64,000 nt of DNA from Phormidium sp. (GTDB taxonomy: Bacteria > Cyanobacteriota > Cyanobacteriia > Cyanobacteriales > Aerosakkonemataceae): NCBI GenBank assembly GCA_051013385.1, contig CP143273.1:800001-864000 (forward strand). Reading direction: 5' to 3'. Below the pieces are notes generated by a model. That model had not been told where the DNA came from and did no database searches. It was given only the letters and a program-made list of their open reading frames with translations. Below are positions 20,985 to 32,400 of this stretch, piece after piece. The position numbers were made by a program, and so were the translations under genes. Numbering within the stretch: position 1 is the first letter of the stretch; each line of letters begins with the position of its first letter.

Positions 20985-21353
20985 ATGTCTCGCTTATATA
21001 AAATTCGGATTCACGATCGCCAACGGAACACCTATCATACCATCGAAGTCCCAGACGATCGCTACATCCTCCACAGCGCCGAAAACCAAGGTGTAGAACT
21101 ACCATTTTCCTGTCGCAACGGCGCTTGTACCACCTGCGCCGTCAGAGTACTTTCCGGCGACATCTATCAACCAGAAGCAATGGGACTATCCCTAGAATTA
21201 CAGAAACAAGGTTACGCTCTCTTATGTGTCAGTTATGCTCGTTCAGACTTAGAAGTGGAAACACAAGATGAGGACGAGGTTTACGAACTCCAATTTGGTC
21301 GGTATTTTGGAAAAGGTAAAGTAAAAGTCGGTTTGCCTTTGGATGAAGATTAA
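20985..21353 (+). CDS. Plant-type 2Fe-2S ferredoxin with C-terminal extension (Fed2/FdC2-like)
   Basis: PFSCRNGACTTC...LLCV, then EDEVYELQFG tail. Confidence 0.9.
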   Translation: MSRLYKIRIHDRQRNTYHTIEVPDDRYILHSAENQGVELPFSCRNGACTTCAVRVLSGDIYQPEAMGLSLELQKQGYALLCVSYARSDLEVETQDEDEVYELQFGRYFGKGKVKVGLPLDED

Positions 21354-21873
21354 CATTGCCCATTTCTTTAGCCTGGTAACTGTTTGCTGTTTATTACTCT
21401 TGGGGGGATGCCAGTCCACTAGCACTCCCCAAGGAGTAACATTGAAAGTAGAACGGATTGTCAGCGGACAAACCTTAGAAGTAATCGCTCCGCAAAAACA
21501 AACTGATTCAGCTTTACGGGTGCAACTGATTGGCGTATCAGCACCAGACTTACGCCAAAGACCTTGGGGAGAAACCGCAAGAGATAGATTAGAGGAAATG
21601 ATTGGGGAAAAACCTGTATTACTCGAATCTGACTTGGAACCAAAAGACCAATTCGATCGACAATTAGCTTATGTCTGGCAAGATGGTAAGCTATTGAATG
21701 AAGAATTACTCAGAGAAGGTTGGGCTTTATTTCGACCCCGATCGCTTAACCGCAAATACGACCAACGCCTAGAACGCGCTCAAGAGTACGCTAGAGTCAT
21801 GGGATTAGGCATTTGGAGTCCAGATCAAGCCTTACGTCTACCTCCAGAACAATTTCGGCAACAACACAGATAA
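21343..21873 (+). CDS. Thermonuclease (SNase) family lipoprotein
   Basis: Lipobox LGGC; LIGVSAP; KDQFDRQLAYVW; LLNEELL.EGWA; GIW. Confidence 0.85.
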   Translation: MKINIAHFFSLVTVCCLLLLGGCQSTSTPQGVTLKVERIVSGQTLEVIAPQKQTDSALRVQLIGVSAPDLRQRPWGETARDRLEEMIGEKPVLLESDLEPKDQFDRQLAYVWQDGKLLNEELLREGWALFRPRSLNRKYDQRLERAQEYARVMGLGIWSPDQALRLPPEQFRQQHR

Positions 21874-22054
21874 TTAACAACTCAAAATTCCCACGCTCTC
21901 CTGTTGATCGGGAGCAGCACCCGCACTAATCAGCACAGGCAAAAGTTTTTGCTCAAAACTACTTGCCCATTAGGGGGTTGATAGGGGATACTTCTATTCA
22001 AGGTTGTATATTTTTATTAATAATTATCGAATCCTAACTTCACCTAATTTAAAG

Positions 22055-22900
22055 ATGAGTTCACCAACCCCAGAACAGCTACAAATTTTTCTCGATATTG
22101 CCACAGAAGCCGCTCTCGCTGCTGGCGCTGTGTTGCAATCCTATTTTGGTAACTTAGAAACAGTAGAAGAAAAAGGTCGTCCGGGAGATTTATTAACTGC
22201 CGCAGATAAAGCAGCCGAAGCCGTAATTTTGGAAATTTTACATCGCCACTTTCCTGACCACGCAATTTTAGCAGAAGAATCAGGACAGTTAGGAGAACAA
22301 GAAAGTAAATATCTTTGGGCGATCGATCCTTTAGATGGGACAACTAACTTTGCCCATCAATATCCCTTTTTCTCCTCATCAATTGGACTTTTAATTGCAG
22401 GAATTCCTCAAGTAGGTGCAATTTTTGCTCCTTTTCATAATGAACTATTTCGTGCTGCCAAAGGTTTAGGCGCAACTCGTAACCGTCGTCCGATTAGAGT
22501 TTCTCAAACATCAGAACTAAGTAAAAGTTTATTAGTAACAGGTTTTGCTTACGATCGCCAGCAGACAAATGACAATAATTACGCCGAATTTTGTCACCTG
22601 ACCCATCTTACCCAAGGCGTGCGGCGTAGTGGATCGGCTTCCCTAGATTTGGCTCATGTAGCTTGTGGACGCTTAGATGGATACTGGGAAAGAGGGCTTT
22701 CGCCTTGGGATATTACCGCCGGAATTGTTCTAGTACAAGAAGCCGGAGGCAAAGTAACTGCTTATGATGGCAGCCCTTTACAAATAAAATCAGGAAGAAT
22801 TTTAGCAACAAACAGTTGTATTCACAACAGTCTAAGTACCGAACTTATGCAAGTATATCCCTTGTCAGATTGGGGAAAACACTTAACAACAAATGTTTAA
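22055..22900 (+). CDS. suhB: Inositol monophosphatase family protein
   Basis: WAIDPLDGTTNF; GSASLDL; PWDITAG. Confidence 0.92.
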   Translation: MSSPTPEQLQIFLDIATEAALAAGAVLQSYFGNLETVEEKGRPGDLLTAADKAAEAVILEILHRHFPDHAILAEESGQLGEQESKYLWAIDPLDGTTNFAHQYPFFSSSIGLLIAGIPQVGAIFAPFHNELFRAAKGLGATRNRRPIRVSQTSELSKSLLVTGFAYDRQQTNDNNYAEFCHLTHLTQGVRRSGSASLDLAHVACGRLDGYWERGLSPWDITAGIVLVQEAGGKVTAYDGSPLQIKSGRILATNSCIHNSLSTELMQVYPLSDWGKHLTTNV

Positions 22901-22993
22901 TTTACACCAAGAAAAATTACATCAGAGATATTACATCCTTTGATGTTACGAAGTACACTAGATGTATAGAACAAAATTCTGGAACAGTAAATT

Positions 22994-23962
22994 ATGGCAC
23001 TTAATATTGATCAAGGATTATTCAAGTTTGATTGCACAGACCATCACGCAGTTTTAGGCGTACCATTGGATGCTACAGCTAACGAAGTGAGAAAAAGATA
23101 TCTAAAAATTTCCCGTCGCCTGCATCCAGACAGCTGCACCGCTGACAGCGAAGCCAGCAAACAACAAGCCAGTCAGTTCTTCGCTAAATTAGTCAGTCCA
23201 GCTTATCAACAACTGTTTAACGATCAAAGTCGTGCCGAACATAACGTACTGCTAACCCGGATGGGAAAACGCCTAGTCCAAGAAAGAGAAAAAATAGACC
23301 TGCAAAGTGAACTAGCCAAACAGCTATACAAATCCACTAACTTGGAACATGAGTATAAAAGTGCATTGAATAAACTAATTGAAAAACAATATGAATCAAT
23401 GGACCAAATTCTGCAAAATACAGCCCAAATCAGTGAATTGAATTTAGTTTACTTAGTACGGAAGTCTAGCCAAGGTCAAAGCGCCAGTAAACCCGCCGAA
23501 GTTACTAAAGTAGCAAGTCCTGCTGTCACCACACCAGCAAAAACTAACCCACCCGCAGCCACAGCAGCTAAAGTACCTCCAGTAGCGGAAAAGAAACCTG
23601 CTAAGGTAGAACCTTCTCCTGCCGAAACCTACTGCCGTCGTGCCCAAGAGTATATCGAAAAGAACTATCCCGCCAAAGCGATTTTAGAATTGAGAGATGC
23701 GATGAAGATGGAGCCGAAAAGTAGTCGCGTTCATGCTTTAATGGCAATGGCTTATTTAAATCAGGAACAGTTAAAAATGGCGAAAATTCACTTAGAAAGC
23801 GCCTTACAATTTAATCCCGAAGAGCCAACAGCAATAGAAGTGAAAAAACGCATCGATTTCATCGAAAAACGTACTGGTATGCGGACAGCAGCAGCAACTA
23901 AAAAGCCTGAAACAAAGGCTAGCGGCGGATTATTTGGTTTGTTTGGCGGGAAGAAGAAATAA
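22994..23962 (+). CDS. DnaJ-domain protein with C-terminal TPR
   Basis: HPD motif in J domain; Pro/Ala linker; TPR helices. Confidence 0.88.
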   Translation: MALNIDQGLFKFDCTDHHAVLGVPLDATANEVRKRYLKISRRLHPDSCTADSEASKQQASQFFAKLVSPAYQQLFNDQSRAEHNVLLTRMGKRLVQEREKIDLQSELAKQLYKSTNLEHEYKSALNKLIEKQYESMDQILQNTAQISELNLVYLVRKSSQGQSASKPAEVTKVASPAVTTPAKTNPPAATAAKVPPVAEKKPAKVEPSPAETYCRRAQEYIEKNYPAKAILELRDAMKMEPKSSRVHALMAMAYLNQEQLKMAKIHLESALQFNPEEPTAIEVKKRIDFIEKRTGMRTAAATKKPETKASGGLFGLFGGKKK

Positions 23963-25200
23963 TGGTGCATCAACCACCTGCGGGGGCACGGGATTTATTG
24001 CCCCTCGATGTAACTCAAAAACGTTGGATTGAAAACCGCTTACAGCAGGTTTATCATCGTTGCGGCTATCATCGGATTATTACATCGACAATTGAGCGGT
24101 TGGATACTTTAATGGCTGGTGGTGCCATCAACCGCTCTACAGTATTACAATTGCAAGCTGGTACAGAAGAAGAAAGTTTGGGACTGCGCCCGGAATTAAC
24201 TGCTAGTATTGCCAGAACAGCAGTTACTCGCATGGCGGGAGTTAGTTATCCGCAACGACTTTATTACAACGCTAATGTTTTTAGAAGGGCAGAGAAAGGT
24301 AGCTACAGCGGACAGCAAGAATTCTACCAAGCGGGAGTAGAATTAATTGGCAGCAGCGGGTTGCCCGCAGATGGGGAAATTTTACTGTTGCTGGCAGAGT
24401 GTTTGTTTGAGTTGGGGTTGAGTGGTTGGCATTTGGTATTGGGTGAAGCAGGACTTACCCGCAGTTTGCTGGCACATTTTCCTGATAAGTTGCAGGAGAA
24501 AGTCAGACGAGCGATCGCACATCTCGATCGTGTTACCCTAGAAAATCTCCCCCTGGAAGCAGAACTCAAAGAACAAGCCTTAATGTTACTCGACTTGCGG
24601 GGAAAACCAGCTGATGTCCTGCAAAAAGTCGCCAACTTAAAACTAGACCCTGCCCAAGAAGAAGCACTTAATAATCTTAAATCTCTAATCGACCTACTAG
24701 AACAAGGTTTGCCCAACTTAACCGCACAAACAAAATTCACTGCTCAAATCACTCTCGACTTGAGCTTAATTCAAACTTTCAATTATTACACAGGTATAGT
24801 ATTTGAAGTCGTCGGCGAAACCGATACCGGAAAACACATACTGGGACAAGGCGGACGTTACGACAAACTCTTAACCCTCTACCATCCCCAAGGACACAGC
24901 GTTCCCGGTATTGGTTTTTGCTTGAACATTGAAGAGTTATACCAAGTTTTACTCCCCACCGGACAATTACCCCAAGAAACACCCACTAGCGAATGCTTAG
25001 TAGTCGCAGAAACACCCTCAGCTTATCCGGCAGCTTTCGCTTATGCCCACACTTTGCGCCAGTCAAAAGATATCGCCAGAGTAGAATTAGACTTAGGTGG
25101 ACGCGAATCAGAAGAAATTCGGGAATATGCCCGCCTCCGCCACATCCCCAAAATTGCTTGGGTAAAAGAGTCCGGTTCACCAACTATCGAAACAGTTTGA
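23962..25200 (+). CDS. hisZ: ATP phosphoribosyltransferase regulatory subunit
   Basis: P.GARDLLP; LRPELTASIAR; EFYQAGVELIG; YYTGIVF; GGRYD. Confidence 0.93.
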   Translation: MVHQPPAGARDLLPLDVTQKRWIENRLQQVYHRCGYHRIITSTIERLDTLMAGGAINRSTVLQLQAGTEEESLGLRPELTASIARTAVTRMAGVSYPQRLYYNANVFRRAEKGSYSGQQEFYQAGVELIGSSGLPADGEILLLLAECLFELGLSGWHLVLGEAGLTRSLLAHFPDKLQEKVRRAIAHLDRVTLENLPLEAELKEQALMLLDLRGKPADVLQKVANLKLDPAQEEALNNLKSLIDLLEQGLPNLTAQTKFTAQITLDLSLIQTFNYYTGIVFEVVGETDTGKHILGQGGRYDKLLTLYHPQGHSVPGIGFCLNIEELYQVLLPTGQLPQETPTSECLVVAETPSAYPAAFAYAHTLRQSKDIARVELDLGGRESEEIREYARLRHIPKIAWVKESGSPTIETV

Positions 25201-25284
25201 AGCAAAAAGCATTACAATTCGTAATGTTAGTTACACCAAAAAAGTGCTAACCAAACTCGTCTGTCAAATTTCCCAAAAGAGAGA

Positions 25285-25509
25285 ATGCCACACACAATTG
25301 TTACAAATACTTGCGAAGGCGTTGCTGACTGCGTAGACGCTTGCCCCGTTGCTTGCATCCATGAAGGCCCAGGCAAAAACGCCAAGGGCACAGAATGGTA
25401 TTGGATAGACTTTGCCACCTGCATAGATTGTGGCATCTGCCTACAAGTATGCCCAGTAGAAGGTGCCATAGTTCCCGAAGAACGCCCAGAACTACAAAAA
25501 ACACCCTAA
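25285..25509 (+). CDS. Bacterial-type [3Fe-4S]/[4Fe-4S] dicluster ferredoxin
   Basis: CEGVADCVDACPV and CIDCGICLQVCP. Confidence 0.92.
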   Translation: MPHTIVTNTCEGVADCVDACPVACIHEGPGKNAKGTEWYWIDFATCIDCGICLQVCPVEGAIVPEERPELQKTP

Positions 25510-25661
25510 TAAGGCAGAAGGCAAAAGGCAGAAGGCAGAAGGAAAAAGAGTTTTATCTAAAGTTAACTGTTCGTTCCATACTTATACTTAATCCTCTGCA
25601 AAACCCTCCTTTTCCTCTGCGTCCTCTGCGTCTCTGCGGTTCCCTAAAAAAAACCTCCAAC

Positions 25662-26390
25662 ATGACTATTAACCCACTATTAGAAGTAGAAAACGTCTTC
25701 GCAGGATATGTCAAAGACTTAGACATCCTGCAAGGAGTCAACTTTAAAATATACCCCGGCGAATTAGTCGCAGTCATCGGACCCAATGGTGCCGGAAAAT
25801 CTACATTAGCTAAAACTATTTTTGGGTTACTCACTCCCCACCAAGGAAAAATTACCTTTAAAGGTGAAAGTATTGGCGGGTTAAAATCAGATCAAATTGT
25901 GCAACGGGGAATGTGTTACGTCCCCCAAATTGCCAATGTTTTCCCAACTTTAACAGTAGAAGAAAACCTCGAAATGGGGGCTTTTATTCGCAACGACTCC
26001 CTGCAACCATTGAAAGATAAAATTTACGCCACTTTCCCTGTTTTAGCCCAACGTCGCCGCCAACGGGCAGGAACGCTTTCCGGCGGACAAAGGCAAATGT
26101 TGGCAATGGGCAGGGCGTTAATGTTACAACCGAGTTTGCTTTTATTAGATGAACCTTCGGCGGCTTTGTCTCCGATTTTAGTTAATAATGTGTTTGAGCA
26201 AATTCGCCAAATTAATAGCAGCGGAACTGCGATCGTCCTCGTCGAACAAAATGCTAGAAAAGCTTTGGAAATGGCAGATCGCGGTTACGTCTTGGAGGCA
26301 GGACGCGATCGCTTCACAGGCCCCGGTTCACAATTATTAAATGACCCCAAAGTAGGTGAACTTTATCTCGGTGTGAAAACGGTTCATTGA
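25662..26390 (+). CDS. Branched-chain/neutral amino acid ABC transporter ATPase (LivF/NatE-like)
   Basis: GPNGAGKST, LSGGQRQ, LLLDEPS, LVEQNA; likely start ATG 25662. Confidence 0.9.
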   Translation: MTINPLLEVENVFAGYVKDLDILQGVNFKIYPGELVAVIGPNGAGKSTLAKTIFGLLTPHQGKITFKGESIGGLKSDQIVQRGMCYVPQIANVFPTLTVEENLEMGAFIRNDSLQPLKDKIYATFPVLAQRRRQRAGTLSGGQRQMLAMGRALMLQPSLLLLDEPSAALSPILVNNVFEQIRQINSSGTAIVLVEQNARKALEMADRGYVLEAGRDRFTGPGSQLLNDPKVGELYLGVKTVH

Positions 26391-26583
26391 AATTTTGTTA
26401 ATTTTTGTGTCGAATTTTTTTTGTTTCCGGCAATACAGTTTTTTCGGGGCGCTTGGGAGTATACTTTAATATAATGGGATGTTTGTAATTTTTTTATTTT
26501 TGCATATACCCCATTATATGAGAATCAAAGCCTAATACAATAATATCAGGAAACAGCAAAACAATCACATAAAAATTTTGTAA

Positions 26584-27042
26584 ATGATTCAAATTTTGCC
26601 CAAACATCTACAAACGATTTGCACCCACGCCGAAAGAACTTACCCCGAAGAATGTTGCGGGATCATGTTAGGAAAAATAGGAGATGAAGGGAAAACAGTG
26701 GTGGAAGTTTGGGAGACAGTAAACGCTTGGGAATCAGAGAAATGGGCAGAGTTTCCGGGGAGTGGAGGAGTTAGGGGTAAAGAAAGCACATTTGCGATCG
26801 CACCACTAGACATCATCAAAGCACAAAAGGAGGCACGCGATCGACAATTGCAGATTATTGGATTTTACCACTCCCACCCAGACCATCCGGCGATGCCTTC
26901 GGAAATGGATCGTGCGATCGCTTGGGCAGTATACTCTTATATAATTGTCTCCGTGTCAGAAGGCAAGGCAAGGGAAGTGCGAAGTTGGTGTTTAGATGAC
27001 GCGCATCAGTTTCAGGAAGAAGAAATTTTCTCCAACGTTTAA
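26584..27042 (+). CDS. JAB/Mov34 (M67) metallopeptidase
   Basis: YPEECCG; YHSHPDHPAMPSEMD. Confidence 0.92.
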   Translation: MIQILPKHLQTICTHAERTYPEECCGIMLGKIGDEGKTVVEVWETVNAWESEKWAEFPGSGGVRGKESTFAIAPLDIIKAQKEARDRQLQIIGFYHSHPDHPAMPSEMDRAIAWAVYSYIIVSVSEGKAREVRSWCLDDAHQFQEEEIFSNV

Positions 27043-27048
27043 CTCAAA

Positions 27049-27140
27049 CTTGCAACCGGGGAGGTAGAACCTCCCAAAACTCGCGACCAGGTTCAACCTG
27101 GTCACGAGAAATAGAGGCTCTGCCTCTTGGTGCAAGAACT
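27049..27140. mobile_element. MITE-like palindromic element
   Basis: CTTGCAACC...GGTGCAAG imperfect inverted ends; internal GGGAGGTAGAACCTCCC and CTCGCGACCAGG-TTCAA-CCTGGTCACGAG hairpins; related to 5643-5710. Confidence 0.65.
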
Positions 27141-27238
27141 CAGTTTAAAACAAAATGTAAAAACCAGGGAGACAGGAAGCACACAAACGATACTTTTTAG
27201 TTACGATCTTAGATCTGCTTTTTGCTATAAAGATTGCC

Positions 27239-28411
27239 ATGCTCAATCCTAATTTGGATCAAGTCCAATTATCCAAAGAAGAATACGAAAGATATTCCCG
27301 ACACCTGATTTTACCGGAGGTAGGGCTAGAAGGGCAAAAACGCCTGAAAGCTGCCAGCGTCCTCTGCATCGGTACGGGTGGACTAGGTTCCCCATTACTG
27401 TTGTACCTAGCAGCAGCGGGAATTGGCAGACTGGGAATAGTTGACTTTGATATAGTCGATAGTTCCAACTTACAACGCCAAGTCATTCACGGCACAGCTT
27501 GGGTAGGAAAACCCAAAATCGAATCTGCCAAAAACCGGATTTTGGAAATTAACCCCAACTGTCAGGTTGATTTATACGAAACTCGCATTAGCGCCGAAAA
27601 TGCCCTAGACATCGTTAAACCTTACGACATAGTGGTGGATGGCACAGATAATTTCCCCACCCGGTATTTAGTTAATGATGCTTGTGTATTACTCAATAAA
27701 CCTAACGTTTACGGTTCAATTTTCCGGTTTGAGGGACAAGCTACCGTTTTTAATTATGAAGGTGGCCCAAATTATCGTGATTTGTACCCCGAACCCCCAC
27801 CGCCAGGAATGGTTCCCTCCTGTGCAGAAGGCGGCGTACTAGGGATTTTACCCGGAATTATCGGCGTAATTCAAGCCACAGAAACTATCAAAATTATCAT
27901 CGGCAAAGGTACTACTTTAAATGGAAGATTGTTGCTGTTCAACGCTTTGGAAATGAAATTCCGCGAGTTGAAACTGCGCCCAAATCCGATTCGTCCAGTA
28001 ATTGAAAAACTGATTGACTACGAACAATTCTGCGGGATTACCCAAGCGAAAGCAGAGGAGGCGAAACAGCAAATGGAAATGTCAGAAATGACAGTCAAAG
28101 AGTTAAAGCAACTGCTAGATAGTGGTGCTGATGACTTCGTTTTGATTGATGTTCGTAATCCTGGTGAATACGAGATCGCTAAAATTCCTGGTGCGGTTTT
28201 AGTACCTTTACCCGATATTGAAAGCGGTCCAGGTGTGGAGAAAGTTAAACAATTGCTCAACGGTCATCGCTTAATAGCTCATTGTAAAATGGGTGGGCGA
28301 TCGGCAAAAGCTTTGGGTATCCTCAAACAAGCCGGAATCGAAGGTACTAACGTCAAAGGCGGCATCACCGCTTGGAGTCGGGAAGTTGATTCTTCCGTTC
28401 CAGAATATTAA
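27239..28411 (+). CDS. moeB: MoeB/MoeZ adenylyltransferase-sulfurtransferase (E1-like + rhodanese)
   Basis: RYSRHL; GTGGLG; SNLQRQ; DGTDNF; rhodanese HCKMGGRS. Confidence 0.95.
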   Translation: MLNPNLDQVQLSKEEYERYSRHLILPEVGLEGQKRLKAASVLCIGTGGLGSPLLLYLAAAGIGRLGIVDFDIVDSSNLQRQVIHGTAWVGKPKIESAKNRILEINPNCQVDLYETRISAENALDIVKPYDIVVDGTDNFPTRYLVNDACVLLNKPNVYGSIFRFEGQATVFNYEGGPNYRDLYPEPPPPGMVPSCAEGGVLGILPGIIGVIQATETIKIIIGKGTTLNGRLLLFNALEMKFRELKLRPNPIRPVIEKLIDYEQFCGITQAKAEEAKQQMEMSEMTVKELKQLLDSGADDFVLIDVRNPGEYEIAKIPGAVLVPLPDIESGPGVEKVKQLLNGHRLIAHCKMGGRSAKALGILKQAGIEGTNVKGGITAWSREVDSSVPEY

Positions 28412-28550
28412 TTGGGGACTGGGAAGAAGTGGGGAGGTGGGGAGATAGGGGGCTGGGGGGAATTAAAGAAGTAATCGAGTTTATTCCCCATCCCCCATCC
28501 CCCACCTCCCCACCTCCCCATCCCCCCACCTCCCCACCTCCCCACCTCTC
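28412..28550. repeat. STRR-type G-rich/C-rich tandem repeats forming an inverted pair
   Basis: GGGGAGGT/GGGGAGAT tract followed by (CCCCACCT)n and (CCCCATCC)n. Confidence 0.8.
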
Positions 28551-28880
28551 AGAAAGAATTTGAAGTTTTATGACAAATTCCCTTTGGTGTTAACTTCTGC
28601 GGAAAAAAGGGAATATTAAAAATAGGGGAGACAAGAGACAGTTCTTCTGCTCTGTCTTCCCCCAGGGATGAAATGATTTTGGGATAGCTGAGTATATTAA
28701 AGTTTATATTTTTTAGAGTTCTGCTGTGGGAATGCCTCTCTGCCTACAGCAGAATTACTATTTTTAATTCCCATCTTGCACCTGTCATTTTAGCCTGCCC
28801 GAAAATCATTAGATTCGCAGGCGGATTTTGGAACTGATGCAAAGTCTGACCAACAAAAAATAGGTCTGTAATTACAAGTA

Positions 28881-28999
28881 ATACCACATCCGGGTTAAAT
28901 ACCTCCGTTATTCTTTAGTCCGCGTAGGCGGACTTTGTTTGTGTAGACGCGATTTCAATCGCCATCAGATATAGGGGGTAGCTAACTCGGATTTAGTAT
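28881..28999. mobile_element. MITE-like element with imperfect ~26-bp terminal inverted repeats
   Basis: ATACCACATCCGGGTTAAATACCTCC versus reverse complement of GGGGGTAGCTAACTCGGATTTAGTAT; internal AGTCCGCGTAGGCGGACT palindrome. Confidence 0.6.
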
Positions 29000-29148
29000 A
29001 AGGTATTCTTGCATCTAAAACCTAAGATGGATGGCAATATTTCTACATCATGGAATCCTGAAATATAGGTAGTAAATGCCTTTATCAATGGGCTAAGTTT
29101 GCTCCTGTTTTTTGTATTTGTAGAAACGCGGAAAAAGAGAATAACTTC

Positions 29149-29421
29149 ATGGAAAATACATTATTTGACCGAGTGTTCCGAGACAGCGAAGGAAAAATCG
29201 TTATAGCTCAACCCCCAAATTTACCACTCATTGTTGGGATTGTATCTAGTTTATTAAAGGTAATTTTTACTACAAATGAGATTAATCTAGGATTGGACTT
29301 AATAGCTTTTGGTTCCTTTTTTACTTGGGCGTGGGAAGAACTATTTCAAGGTGTTAATTATTTTCGTAGAGCGTTAGGTTTTATTGTACTTGTTGGTTTG
29401 ATTGTATGGAAACTTCAATAA
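29149..29421 (+). CDS. Small conserved membrane protein
   Basis: FRD..G.IVIAQ.PNLP...WAWEELFQGVNYFRRALG. Confidence 0.75.
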   Translation: MENTLFDRVFRDSEGKIVIAQPPNLPLIVGIVSSLLKVIFTTNEINLGLDLIAFGSFFTWAWEELFQGVNYFRRALGFIVLVGLIVWKLQ

Positions 29422-29445
29422 AATTATTTAATTTTTCAGCAAGCC

Positions 29446-32400
29446 CTATTTATGATGCCAGCAAATGGTGCTGTTCTCCTGACGACTTAGCAGAATTCCT
29501 AACGCTTCTAAAGTTTCTAAATGTTCGGAAATCGCTTTCTTCTGTCTGGTAGCACCTTTAAATTTTGCTACTACTTGTTCCACTGTCCATTCGCCGCCAG
29601 TGGTGCGGAGTAAGTCGCGAATTGCTGCTAGTTGTTCTTTGGGTTTTTTGGGCCAAGTTTTTTGTTCTGCGGGTGCGGTGATGACTTCTTCTGCTTCGGT
29701 AATTCCGGCGAGTGTCATTTGGGTTGCTATTTCTTTGGGGGCTTGATATTCTGGACGCAACCAACGGATTAAACCGTTATGTTCTTCGGCAGAACGTTCT
29801 GCATTTAAGGCAACTAATCGTTCTAAAATTTCCTCATCACTGATATTTTGTTCCCATCCATAAGCTTCTAAAACTGCTGCGTCAAGTGAGTCGTGAATTT
29901 GTTTGAGGGTGGAAACTAAAGCTTTATTGTTGTAGGTTTTATCTGCTTCGGTGAAAGGTTCTCCTGCACGGAGTTTTTCTAATAGGTTGTACATTCCCGT
30001 GAGCGTGATTTCGGGATGTTGAGATTGGACTTTTTTCCGATGATTGTCTAGTTTTTCTCCGAGTTCTCGAATTTTTTGTTTTTGTTCGGGTGTAGAGTCG
30101 GGAAAGGGGAAAGGATCGAAGCAACGAGTTTTATTATATCGAGGAGTATTACCGCCTAAATCTCCTCCTGCTGCTAATGCCCATTTTACATGAACTTTGC
30201 TAGAAAGAACTCCCAAAAAATAAGCATCTTCAAGGGCGATCGCAATCAGCATATTATCAGCAAGTACCTGGGCATCTAGAAATGTAAATATGCGATGTTT
30301 GCTTGTTTCAACTGTGGCAATGTAAAGTTTTAATCCCTTGAGTGCTCGTCTCAGTTCAGTTCTGATTCGCCCAAATATCCACCAATTTTCTCGCAGACTT
30401 TTATCACGATTAGCATCTCTTTCTGGTTTAACTCTTTCCAGTACCCACTGATATGCTTTTGGATAATTTTTTTCCGCCTGTTCAATCGTTAACCCAAACA
30501 AATCAATAACTCGGACATTTCGAGAACGCTGCATAAAGTCTCGACCATTTATATAAGGGAACAAAACTTCAGACTCAACTTTTGCCCAATCAGATTGTTC
30601 AACAATAAATCCAGAACCAAATAACATTACACCTCTGCTAGAAAGCCTATTATTAGCGTTAAGTGCTTGGCATTGAGTTAAATCAGCACCAACTTGCAAA
30701 CTACTAAAAATTTTTCCTACATTGTGTAATTGAACTTCAACTTGTTCGGCAGAATTTTCCGGGATTTCTTCTTCTTTTTCAGAAATTACAACACCTAATT
30801 GAGCAATCTTTATCTGATTATTATCTAATTCAGCAGCAGTCATCGCAATTCTAACTGCTGCACCCCCATCAACCCAAGGATGATCGGAAATCGCAAAAAT
30901 TAATCTAATAGGATTCTTTTGACTTAGATGAAAATCAATAACTTTTCGCTGCCAAACTTGCCGAATACTATTAGTAGTAATAAACCCAAATCTGGCAACT
31001 TTCCCCAATCTCACCAACTCCGCCGCCTTGTGCCACCAATACATAACAAAATCAACAGTATCCGGCACATCTTGATAAACTTGGCGCAAAGTTTCTGCAT
31101 ACCCATCGCCCAAAACTTCCCGCATTCTCGCATTCCCAATAAAAGGCGGATTAGAAACAATATAATTTGCTTCTTGCCATTCAGCAGGACGGGGATTAAT
31201 AAACTTATAAATGGGAATTTGATTTGTAGGATCGGGTACATTTTCCCCAGTAACAGAATGCGTCATCATCCTGCCACCCCAACGAGTGCGCGGTTGTTTT
31301 GTGGTTGGATCGATCGCAATTTCTTTGCTATCATAATCCAACACAGCATCCCGACATTCAATATTATTGTAAGCCCGTAAAACAGGCTCAATTGGGGGAA
31401 TATTACCAAAGCGTTTAAAATGCCATTGTAAATAACCAATCCAGATTACCAAATCTGCGATCGCCGCTGCCCTTGGATTAAGCTCAATCCCTAAAAATTG
31501 CGAAGGATTTACCTGATCGAAATCCAAAGATAACTGTTCGCCACCTGTAATATCTGCCAACCTTCGCAAAACTTCTGATTCTAAACCTTTGAGTAAATCC
31601 AAAGTCACATAAAGGAAATTTCCCGAACCACAAGCAGGGTCAAGAATTTTGATTTCGCGTAACTCTTTGAGGAAGTCTTGAATTAGTGCGATCGCATTTT
31701 TTACCTGTTTCTTAGTCGGTTCTTCTCCAGCATTTTCTAAAGTTTGTTTAACCTCAGCTTGCACCAACTCCCACTGTTCCCGAATCGGTTCTAAAATTAC
31801 CGGACGTACCAACCTTTCCACATAAGATCTCGGTGTATAATGCGCCCCTAACTTACTCCTTTCCTTAGCATCTAACGCCCTTTCCAACAAAGTACCAAAA
31901 ATCGCAGGTTCTACCTGACTCCAATCTCTTTGAGATGCTTGCAACAAAACTTCTAATTGTTCCCCATTTAAAGGAAACGCAGAAGCATCCGCAAACAACC
32001 CACCATTGAACTTCAACAACTTCCCAGAAAACCCAAAACTTGTTCCTTCATTCATCGCTTGCCAAAGCGCCTCTACCTCTGGTTGGAAACTTTTCGGTTT
32101 GGGAATCCAACGTTCTTTTAATGCTTCAGTAAACAATTTTTCTGGCAACAAACCCACATCTTCGGCAAACATCGTGAAGATGCAACCCATTAAAAAACTA
32201 GCAACTTCTTGCGGTTGACGATTACTTTCCAAACTCCGCGCCAACGCCGCCAAATCTGCCGCTACCTCTCGCGTTACCCTCGCCGCAATTTTCTCTGGAT
32301 TGCGCTTTTGTGGATTAGTAAAAATATCAACAAATAAAGCAAAAATATCCGGCTTTTGGAAATCAGCTAAAGGAATAGTTCGCCTAGCGCCATATCCGCC

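Noticed and set aside
25395..25661. 89-aa N-terminal extension of the ABC ATPase
   Set aside because: Overlaps the ferredoxin gene and is translated from repeat DNA; the likely start is ATG 25662
26584..28411. JAB peptidase + E1-like enzyme as a CBASS-type or ubiquitin-like defence system
   Set aside because: MoeB carries a rhodanese domain and no CD-NTase, E2 or effector is nearby; this is the ordinary sulfur-carrier activation pair
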